Below, piece by piece: positions 35,555 through 43,333 of a stretch of 43,333 nucleotides of DNA. A program made the position numbers and the translations under genes. Within the stretch, counting starts at the first letter, position 1. Each line of letters starts with the position of its first letter. The notes beneath the pieces were generated by a model, which was not told the DNA's origin, made no database searches, and was given only the letters and a program-made list of their open reading frames with translations. This stretch comes from a virus (taxonomy: Duplodnaviria > Caudoviricetes): the IMG/VR virus record IMGVR_UViG_3300020042_006880, positions 1 through 43,333 of that record; one strand, written 5' to 3'.

Positions 35555-37609
35555 ATGAGCAAAGTTTTATCCCGTAGAATGTTCAATGGTCCACGGCCCA
35601 CTGCTAAGGGCACAGGGATAACTGCTTATTTTGATAATGGGCAGATGGTTCCTGGATTTGCGGATGAAGGATTTGTAGATTTTAATAAGATTGCTGACCA
35701 GTTTCCAGGCTTGTTTAAAGAACGCCCTGTTCCTGATGCACCTCCATCGGACTACGATACGGTGTACAATAAGATCAGTGGTGTTCTTAGTAAAGGGTTG
35801 GCACCTGAGCGTTCTTTTGAGGAGTTGGTTGCGCAACGTCAAAAGATTTTTGGTGTAGAAGACCCTGAGTCAGCACGTAACTATGCCCTCATGCAGCTTG
35901 GTGGTAAGATAGCAAGCACTCCAGGAGGCCTCGGTGTGGCTCTCGGTGCGGGTTTACCTGAGTATGCTTCTGCTATGCAAAAGGCTGAAGCTGAACAACG
36001 CGCCACGCAACGTGCTATCGGCGGTAGTGCTTTGGATGCCCTTGAAAAGCAGCAAGCTGAACGCCGTGGTGCAATTTCAGAAGCCGCTAAGTATGCCTTC
36101 ACCGCTTCTGAAGCTGCTATAAAAGCTGAAAGAGAATCTATTTTAGAAGCTAATAAAGAAGCTAGGGCTGCTCAGAGCAAGCTGATTACAGAGGCCTATA
36201 AGACAACGGCAGAGCAGTTGGCGGCTAAAACTAAATTTGAAAGAGATAAAGAACTTGATATCATCAGAACGGGCAATGACCTTCAGAAGGATAAACAGAT
36301 TAAAGCTATTGAAGCTAAGGGAAAAGCGGATACTTATGCTTCGCCAAATGGTCAAAAGTTTTTAGGATACATTGATTCTGATACAGGGAAAATAATCAAT
36401 TCAGAAACAGGCAAACCTGCTGTTGAAGGGTCTATGAAATATGAAAAACCTTCTGGCGGTACTAGCGCGGATACCTACACAACGTTAGATGGTAAGCAGT
36501 TTACAGGCACAATGATTGACGGCAAGTTGGTCGATGTCGATACTGGGAAACCTGCTCCTGCCGGAAGTATAAAGTTTGATTCTGGAGCAAAGGTCAATTA
36601 TAGCCAACAGGACATTACCATTTTTGATAAAACACTGCCTAACGGCTTTACCGTGGTTTCTGGCGCGTTTGGCAGCGATGGTCTTTATTACGTTAATGGG
36701 AAAGTTTTAGATCCTCGTGAAACTGAGTTTGTCCCAGGAAGTGACGTTGCACAAGTAAAAATACTTGAAGATGGATCAGCTTATATTTACTACAATAAGG
36801 GGCCAAACGCAGGGTTGACGACTCCGATACAGTTGAGTTCAATTGATCCTAAAACTGGGGAAACAGAAAAAATAGAACTTAATACACCTAGTTGGGTGCC
36901 TTCAAACGATAATGCTTTTTCTATCCGTATGGAAAAACCTCCTGTTCCTTCGGCTAAACTTGGTTCAGCAGTAACAAGAGTTTTGCAAACAGATCTTCGA
37001 CAACTCAATACCGTTATTAATGGTATTGATCTTCTTATTCCCAAGGTGGCGGGTCTCACTGGTCCTTTAGCTAAGGCTAAGGGTTGGTCAACAACTGCTG
37101 CTGCGTTTATTCCTTTTGAAAATTTATCGCAGTTAGCGACTTATTTAGAGTCTGAAAAAGGTGCTAAAGAGTGGCAGCTTTTGGGAAGAGAATATGTTGC
37201 TGCTAGATTGTTGAGCGATAAATCAGCTACTTCAGAGCAAGCTGCTATTTATGAAAGAGAATGGATTGGGCTTCCGAAACAGTTCGCTAAAAACCCACAG
37301 GCCGCCCTTGCACAGTTGCAACAAATCAGGGTGACTCTTGCAAACAGAGGTTCTGAAATAGTGGGCACACTTACCGACTCGCCGTACAATATTATTGACA
37401 CTATTCCTATGGGTAACGAAGAGCAGCCGTTCAATATGGGTGATGAAAGAACATATAACTATGTTAGTGATTTGGAAGCCAAAGGCATTAAGGGGAGCTA
37501 TCAAGCCTTTTATCCTGAAAAAGGAGTTCCTGATAAGATCAAAGAAACAGTTAAACTTACCAATGGTGCCTATGGTCTAGGATATTATCCTACGATTACT
37601 TTTAAGTAA
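35555..37609 (+). CDS. internal virion/ejection protein (putative)
   Basis: 'VLSRRMF' N-terminus, coiled coil, position in operon. Confidence 0.72.
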   Translation: MSKVLSRRMFNGPRPTAKGTGITAYFDNGQMVPGFADEGFVDFNKIADQFPGLFKERPVPDAPPSDYDTVYNKISGVLSKGLAPERSFEELVAQRQKIFGVEDPESARNYALMQLGGKIASTPGGLGVALGAGLPEYASAMQKAEAEQRATQRAIGGSALDALEKQQAERRGAISEAAKYAFTASEAAIKAERESILEANKEARAAQSKLITEAYKTTAEQLAAKTKFERDKELDIIRTGNDLQKDKQIKAIEAKGKADTYASPNGQKFLGYIDSDTGKIINSETGKPAVEGSMKYEKPSGGTSADTYTTLDGKQFTGTMIDGKLVDVDTGKPAPAGSIKFDSGAKVNYSQQDITIFDKTLPNGFTVVSGAFGSDGLYYVNGKVLDPRETEFVPGSDVAQVKILEDGSAYIYYNKGPNAGLTTPIQLSSIDPKTGETEKIELNTPSWVPSNDNAFSIRMEKPPVPSAKLGSAVTRVLQTDLRQLNTVINGIDLLIPKVAGLTGPLAKAKGWSTTAAAFIPFENLSQLATYLESEKGAKEWQLLGREYVAARLLSDKSATSEQAAIYEREWIGLPKQFAKNPQAALAQLQQIRVTLANRGSEIVGTLTDSPYNIIDTIPMGNEEQPFNMGDERTYNYVSDLEAKGIKGSYQAFYPEKGVPDKIKETVKLTNGAYGLGYYPTITFK

Positions 37610-37620
37610 AAGGATTAAAC

Positions 37621-40600
37621 ATGTCTGACACATCAGGTTCTGTTGTACTTCGCCCTAAAACATTCACTACCACTAAAGAGCAAGCGCGTAATACGGTTGA
37701 CAATTCGCTTTTGGGTGCCGGAGTACTTGCTAAGGAACTTCCTGAAAAAGATAAATCTACTACGGTAGAAATCTCTGGTAAGTCAAACGTTACCCGTGCA
37801 GGTGGTGAGGCTGGTGCAGGGACAGGGTTTTTAGGCGGGGCGGCTAATGTTGCCACAGGTACAATGGGGGGTATCCTTGATGCTTTCTACGCCTTGCCAA
37901 ATGCTGTTGGAAACGCGATTGTTGGGGCAGCTTTTGTGTCAGGAGCTATTCCAAAAGAATATTGGAGTGAAGATTATAGAGACACAGTAAACAAAATAGC
38001 CAATGCTGGTGACTATGAAACTATGAAAGTTCTTATTCCAGGACTTTTAGCAATCGGCCAAGGTGAAAAAATTGGAATGCAAAGTCCTGAAGGCCGAGTT
38101 GGTGAAGCCATTGGTATGGGCATAGGTGCAGAGCTAACTATGGCTGGAATGATGAGTAATATCGCTAAACAGCTTCCTGTTAAAGCAGGGGGTGATTTAG
38201 CAAAAGATTTTATCGTAAGTGCTGGGAATAAAGCGTCTAGTTTACTGGGGGCAACTAAAACTGCTGGAGCAGAGGCTGTTCAATCTTTTGTAGATAATCC
38301 TGCAATGGGCACAGCTATCGGGGCAGGAATAAGCGGTTTAATTGGCGGGGCGTCACAGACTGCTCAAGAGATTGTTCCTGGATCTAAAGATTACGTAGCT
38401 TTGGCTCCTGCGGGTTTGATGCTTGCACCTGCTGCTATAAAAGGTATTGGGCGTATAGCGTTTGAAACGTACAAGTATATTTCCCCTTTCGAAATTGGTA
38501 AGAAGTTGCTCGGTAAGGTTGTGGGTACAGATGCTACACAAGAAGTAGTTGATCTTTTGCCTCAAAATCTTAGTGTTAAAGATTTCACAGCTATGGGGTA
38601 TAGCAAGCAACAGGCACGTATTTTAGCACAGGCATCTAACGATGCTGCTCAGGCTGAAGCTGCTCGGACTTCTGCAAACCAGACCCTTATTAGGGATTCG
38701 ATAGGAAAAGAAATTGAACTTTCTATTCCAGAAACTACTCTAGATCCTTCTTTGCTTGTTGAGCAACGTAATTTTGAACGTCAAACCACAGGTATGACAA
38801 CCGTTGAAAATCTTCAACGGAAAATTGCCAACCTTTTGAATCTTGATGCATTTAGGGCGCAGAAAATAACAGATGCAGAGGCTCATCCTTCAGTTATTTA
38901 TGACCCGTTAAAAAATCAGTTTAATCGGGTAATGGCAAGGATAAACGATAAAGATGCAGAAGTTTCTGATAACCTTGATGCGTTAACGGGAAAACTTCCT
39001 TCTATTGATCCTACGGATAAGGTAGGGTTTAGACGTTCGTTTGGTCAGGATATTCGTGCCGAACTGATTAAACGCGAAGAAATAGCTGATCAAGCAGTTA
39101 CTAAAGCAGCTAAACGTTTGAAAATTAATGAGCGTGACCCACTTGCTGATGCGCAGCCTATGAAGGACGCTATTAACGCGCAGCTTAAAATTGACCCTGA
39201 AAACACAGGTGTTTCTTACGGGGGCTTGCCTAAATCAGTACGTAGGTTCCTTGAATTTGATTTCAACGCAAAAGGTAAAGAAGGTAAAATTAATTTTCAA
39301 GATTGGAAAGAGTTCCGTAGTCAGGTGGCTTCTGAACTTAGAGAATCAACCAATGATTCTGAAATACGGCACCTTTCTATTTTAGCTTCGGCCTTGGACA
39401 ATTCTGTTAAATTTGTAGGAAATAATGCTGCTGGGAAAGCCCGTCAAGAGTTTGCAGAATTTTATTTGAATACTAAAATCTTACCTTTTTCAGATGCAGT
39501 TGTGAAAAAAATTATGAAAACTGCTCCTGGAGGCGGGAAAGAAGTTGAGTACCAACTTCCTGCTGAGCAGGTTGCTGCGGCTTTTACCAAAAGTTCTAGT
39601 GATGTTAGGAAATATAAAGAACTTTTTGGTGACGACCCTGTTAAAATGGATATGTTCAGAGATGCCGTGTTGGATGAAGTAGCAACTAAGGCTGTTACAG
39701 AGGGCAAGTTATCTAAAACTGCCTTGTCAAGATTTATAAACACAACAGGAAAAGAAAAGTATGGTGAGGTTGTCATAACGGATCCGACAACTAAAGAACC
39801 TGTTTTGCTATTAGATTACTTGTCTGATGTTGCCAAAACACAAGATGCTCTCCTTGCAAGGAGAGTGCAGCTAAAGGCGCGTAAAGATAAAGTGTCTGAG
39901 TTTGAAGTGACATCTTTGTTAGACGATGCTGGATATAGGTTCGATAAAGAAACAGGGATGATAAGTGCTGATGGTAAGCCACACCAAGCACAAGCCCTTG
40001 TAGATAATGCTGTTGGAGATTCTGCTAAAAATTTGAAAGATCCAGCAAATTTGAAACGCATGTGGAGCATTATTCAAAAAAGTGGGGATGATGATGCTAA
40101 AGAAACATTCAAAAATATGGTTTTTAGATCTGTTATGTCTAAAGATAGGTTGCAGTTAGATGATCCAGGAGTTGATGCCATTGCTAATAATGCGGTGCGC
40201 AGTGCTAATATGCTTGAAAGGTATAAAGACGATATCTTCCTTCCTATGATGGGAAAAGAGCATTTTGATAACGCTATGGCCTTTTTTGATCTTACTGGAA
40301 AAACCTTAACAACAGGAATGCCTGAAGGTAAGGGTATCGATACTATGGGGCTTATGGAAAGTATCCAAGGCAGGATTGGGTTGAGTCCAAGAGGTGTTAC
40401 GACACAAGTTTCTGCTGTGAATACTGGAAGGCAGTCTTCATTAACAGCGGCGGTATTTATTATACAAAACGCTGTTCGGCAAAATATGCTTGCTGGGAAG
40501 TATGAAGCCTTAAAGGACGCGATCTTGAATCCTAGCCTAGCTAGGGTTTTGAGTGAACCACTGCCCATTAATCAAGAAGGGGGCAGAGCAATTTTAGGCC

Positions 40601-40953
40601 AATCTCAAATAGATAGCATAAGCAGGGCACTGTACAAGAAGGGGTTTAGCCCAGATTTGCTTATAGGTGCCGGAGTAGCTATGGCTAAGGACGCACAACC
40701 CGCAGAAGAACGCAAAACAACCATAACCATGCCGATTTTGCGGTCGCCATCTAATCCTGCTGGAGCATCTTCGGTTACGCAACCTTCTAATCCTGAAAAA
40801 AAGTTACTTACTCCATTGATACCACCGATAGGCGAAGCACTAGAACCGCCTCCGGCTGCGGCGGTGCCAACAAAGCCGAAAACTTCATACGAACAATTGT
40901 TCCCTAATGACTCATTAGGTTCAATTATCGAAAAACGTGCAATAGGACAGTAA
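37621..40953 (+). CDS. large internal virion/ejection protein (putative)
   Basis: 1110 aa, helical, Gly/Ala hydrophobic N-region, C-terminal 'Y..LFPND.LG..I'. Confidence 0.72.
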   Translation: MSDTSGSVVLRPKTFTTTKEQARNTVDNSLLGAGVLAKELPEKDKSTTVEISGKSNVTRAGGEAGAGTGFLGGAANVATGTMGGILDAFYALPNAVGNAIVGAAFVSGAIPKEYWSEDYRDTVNKIANAGDYETMKVLIPGLLAIGQGEKIGMQSPEGRVGEAIGMGIGAELTMAGMMSNIAKQLPVKAGGDLAKDFIVSAGNKASSLLGATKTAGAEAVQSFVDNPAMGTAIGAGISGLIGGASQTAQEIVPGSKDYVALAPAGLMLAPAAIKGIGRIAFETYKYISPFEIGKKLLGKVVGTDATQEVVDLLPQNLSVKDFTAMGYSKQQARILAQASNDAAQAEAARTSANQTLIRDSIGKEIELSIPETTLDPSLLVEQRNFERQTTGMTTVENLQRKIANLLNLDAFRAQKITDAEAHPSVIYDPLKNQFNRVMARINDKDAEVSDNLDALTGKLPSIDPTDKVGFRRSFGQDIRAELIKREEIADQAVTKAAKRLKINERDPLADAQPMKDAINAQLKIDPENTGVSYGGLPKSVRRFLEFDFNAKGKEGKINFQDWKEFRSQVASELRESTNDSEIRHLSILASALDNSVKFVGNNAAGKARQEFAEFYLNTKILPFSDAVVKKIMKTAPGGGKEVEYQLPAEQVAAAFTKSSSDVRKYKELFGDDPVKMDMFRDAVLDEVATKAVTEGKLSKTALSRFINTTGKEKYGEVVITDPTTKEPVLLLDYLSDVAKTQDALLARRVQLKARKDKVSEFEVTSLLDDAGYRFDKETGMISADGKPHQAQALVDNAVGDSAKNLKDPANLKRMWSIIQKSGDDDAKETFKNMVFRSVMSKDRLQLDDPGVDAIANNAVRSANMLERYKDDIFLPMMGKEHFDNAMAFFDLTGKTLTTGMPEGKGIDTMGLMESIQGRIGLSPRGVTTQVSAVNTGRQSSLTAAVFIIQNAVRQNMLAGKYEALKDAILNPSLARVLSEPLPINQEGGRAILGQSQIDSISRALYKKGFSPDLLIGAGVAMAKDAQPAEERKTTITMPILRSPSNPAGASSVTQPSNPEKKLLTPLIPPIGEALEPPPAAAVPTKPKTSYEQLFPNDSLGSIIEKRAIGQ

Positions 40954-40954
40954 T

Positions 40955-41476
40955 ATGCGTGAAAATTTTGAAAAGTGTTTGGCTATGGTGTTGAAACACG
41001 AAGGCGGTTTTGTCAACCATCCTAAAGATCCAGGAGGCATGACAAATCTTGGTGTTACCCGTAAGGTGTGGGAAGAATGGGTAGGCCATTCAGTTGATGA
41101 ATTAACAATGAGATCGTTAGGGCCAGAAGATGTCGCGCCGCTTTACAGAAAAAACTACTGGGACAAGTGCCGCTGCGATGACCTCCCGTCTGGGGTGGAC
41201 TTTGCTGTTTTTGATCTTGCTGTTAATAGTGGTACTGGTCGTTCCAGCAAGTTTCTACAAAAGTCTCTCGGTGTGGCTGCTGATGGCTCTATCGGACCTG
41301 CTACACTAACCGCTGTTTCACAGGCAAATCCACAAGAACTAGCTTCTAAAATTTGCACCATACGGTTAGAGTTTTTGCAAGCGTTGCCTACATGGGGCAC
41401 GTTTGGAAAAGGTTGGGGACGGCGCGTAGCAGAAGTTGAAAAAACAGCTTTTGAAATGTGCTTGCATACTGCCTAA
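40955..41476 (+). CDS. endolysin, glycoside hydrolase family 108 with peptidoglycan-binding domain
   Basis: 'HEGGFVNHPKDPGG.TNLGVT', 'FD.AVNSG', 'DG.IGP.T', 'FGKGW.RR'. Confidence 0.93.
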   Translation: MRENFEKCLAMVLKHEGGFVNHPKDPGGMTNLGVTRKVWEEWVGHSVDELTMRSLGPEDVAPLYRKNYWDKCRCDDLPSGVDFAVFDLAVNSGTGRSSKFLQKSLGVAADGSIGPATLTAVSQANPQELASKICTIRLEFLQALPTWGTFGKGWGRRVAEVEKTAFEMCLHTA

Positions 41477-42912
41477 ATAATCCACTGTTTGTAATCTTCA
41501 TTTAACACCTGTGTGGCAAGATTAATCTTGCTGCGCAGGGCTTGAAGTATCTTTTCTTCAACAGTCTTTTCAGTTACCAAATCTATGTAGGTAACAGTGT
41601 TCCGTTGCCCAATGCGATGCGCACGATCTTCACTCTGCAACCTTATTTCAAGGTCGTAGTTGTTGCTGTAGTAGATGACGGTTTTGGCTGCGGTGAGGGT
41701 AAGGCCGTATCCACCTGTGCGGGGTTGCCCAACAAAAAATCGCAGGGGGTTGGTGGGGTCTTGGAAGTCTCTGACAGTTTGTTGTCGTTGTTCGACTTCA
41801 GTTTGACCATAGTATGTACGAACACTGTCTTCTCCGTATACAGACTTAAGTTCTTTTTCAATATTCAAAAGATCTTGAGTAAACGTAGCCCAAATAATCA
41901 CCTTACCATCAACTTCTTCTATTGCAGCAAGCAACTCAGACATCTTGTTGCTAGGGAAGTTGTTAATGGTGCCGTCGTCCATTTTCACAAAGCCAGAGCA
42001 TACCTGCTGTAGCCTAAGAATCTGAGTTAACACATTTGGTGCCGTGGTCAACGCACCTTCCAACTCAGCCAACGCGAGGTTTTTCATCTGTGTGTAAATA
42101 CGGCGTTGCTCATCAGTAAGCTCGACCAATCGTTTCGTGTATACCTTTTCAGGTAAGTCAAGGCAGTCTTCTTTACGCACACGGTAGCTAAACGTTTCCA
42201 GCCGCTCACTGAGCTCATCTAAATGTTGATAACCAACTATCTGGTTGAAACTGTGGCTACCTACAGAACGCCTGTGCATCTTGGCGTATCTGCTTTGAAA
42301 AGCCCAAAAGCTATTATATCCCAAGGCCCATGGATCAAGAAACTCGCACTGGCTGTACAAATCTAACGGGCTTTGTGTAACAGGTGACCCTGTGGCTATC
42401 CGCTTATACTGCGCTAGTTCACCTAGCTTAACGATGCTTTTGGTGCGCTTGGCTGTCCTATTCTTAATGGTGGTACTTTCATCTACTGCCATAAGCACAC
42501 TGCGGTATTTCAAAAACTTTTGAGCAAAAGTCACACCTTTTTCAGAACTGAACGCTTCCACATTCATGACCACAATCTTTAACGATTCGTCACGATGGAA
42601 GGCTTGGTCCAAGTGTTCTAAACGTTTGCGCGTTGTTTCAGGCGACCACATAATAATCTTGTGGTCAATATGGTCTGGCAAATGTGTAGGGAGTTCGCTT
42701 TGCTCCCAGTTTTTGTACACGCCCTTTGGAGCAATAATCAATGCTCCCTGGATTTCACCTGAGTCATATAACATCGCGATTGTATCAATAATGATTTTAC
42801 TTTTACCTGTGCCCATTTCTAAAAACAGGGCATACTCGTGCTTATTGGCACTGAGCTCTAAAGCAGTCATCTGATGAGCGTAAGGCTCAAGTTTGAACTT
42901 GTAGCGTATCAT
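41473..42912 (-). CDS. SNF2-family (SF2) helicase
   Basis: 'EMGTGKS', 'VDES', 'TGSP', 'GG.GLTLT.A', 'QSEDRAHRIGQ'; RBS GAAAGGG before ATG 42912. Confidence 0.93.
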   Translation of the reverse strand: MIRYKFKLEPYAHQMTALELSANKHEYALFLEMGTGKSKIIIDTIAMLYDSGEIQGALIIAPKGVYKNWEQSELPTHLPDHIDHKIIMWSPETTRKRLEHLDQAFHRDESLKIVVMNVEAFSSEKGVTFAQKFLKYRSVLMAVDESTTIKNRTAKRTKSIVKLGELAQYKRIATGSPVTQSPLDLYSQCEFLDPWALGYNSFWAFQSRYAKMHRRSVGSHSFNQIVGYQHLDELSERLETFSYRVRKEDCLDLPEKVYTKRLVELTDEQRRIYTQMKNLALAELEGALTTAPNVLTQILRLQQVCSGFVKMDDGTINNFPSNKMSELLAAIEEVDGKVIIWATFTQDLLNIEKELKSVYGEDSVRTYYGQTEVEQRQQTVRDFQDPTNPLRFFVGQPRTGGYGLTLTAAKTVIYYSNNYDLEIRLQSEDRAHRIGQRNTVTYIDLVTEKTVEEKILQALRSKINLATQVLNEDYKQWII

Positions 42913-42940
42913 TGCAATGCCCTTTCTTACGGCTATAACC

Positions 42941-42968
42941 AATATACACAGCCGAGTGCCTAAGACAA
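42941..42968 (-). promoter_or_regulatory. helicase promoter
   Basis: TTGTCT-N16-TATATT on minus strand. Confidence 0.7.
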
Positions 42969-43156
42969 CCACTTTGCTAAGTAGGGGGGTTTTAGCCTAG
43001 CGTATATTTTATTTTTCTTCAAAACCTGCTTCGCGTAGGGGGAAAAAGTACAGCAAAAACAACAAATATAGCGATATATTCAGATATTGTATACTAGCCC
43101 CAAAAATAAAATAAAAACATCGTTAGCCAAAACCCACCTATTAAGCAAAGTGCCCC

Positions 43157-43184
43157 TTGTCTAATTTACAACACGCGGTATTGT
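43157..43184 (+). promoter_or_regulatory. divergent promoter
   Basis: TTGTCT-N16-TATTGT. Confidence 0.7.
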
Positions 43185-43206
43185 AAGGTTTGCATGGGAG
43201 AAAGCC

Positions 43207-43333
43207 GTGACTGTTTATATTACACAAGAAGTTCGTGGCAGGGATTTATCCGATGCTTTGGCCTTTGGTGACTTAGATATACTGGTTCCTGCTAAGGACC
43301 AAATATCGTTGTCTTCTGGGCCTACTGTTAAGC
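43207..43333 (+). CDS. partial conserved phage protein (truncated by window end)
   Basis: GGGAG RBS, GTG start, VTVYITQEVRGRDLSDALAFGDL... Confidence 0.7.
   Translation, partial: MTVYITQEVRGRDLSDALAFGDLDILVPAKDQISLSSGPTVK

Noticed and set aside
1-43333. tRNA, rRNA, integrase, transposase, DNA polymerase, methyltransferase
   Set aside because: None recognised by eye; replication and modification genes may lie outside the window. tRNAscan-SE was not run.

Overview
Near-complete genome segment of a tailed dsDNA bacteriophage with a podovirus-like gene layout. Order: early/accessory small ORFs in promoter-leader cassettes (1-5.9 kb); terminase small subunit and a resolvase-like nuclease; a repeat-rich stretch (7.35-9.11 kb); terminase large subunit (one in-frame TAA); portal; virion transglycosylase; membrane/lysis genes; GroES; scaffold and capsid; small basic core proteins; adaptor, tail fibre and nozzle genes; four large putative ejection proteins; GH108-type endolysin; and a convergent SNF2-type helicase. 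The strongest signal is an 869-bp island (8020-8888) with no TC and a single GA dinucleotide on the + strand. It holds a complete expression unit (promoter-like site, RBS, 170-aa Asp-free ORF, terminator, 29-bp tandem array) and is preceded by TC-rich tracts. Also notable: a phage-wide TTGTC(A/T)-N16 promoter family, a candidate anti-SD small RNA, two related non-coding elements bounded by inverted 15-mers, and a shared [FYM]xxGG motif in virion proteins. Product calls come from motif recognition and gene order by eye; no database search was run.
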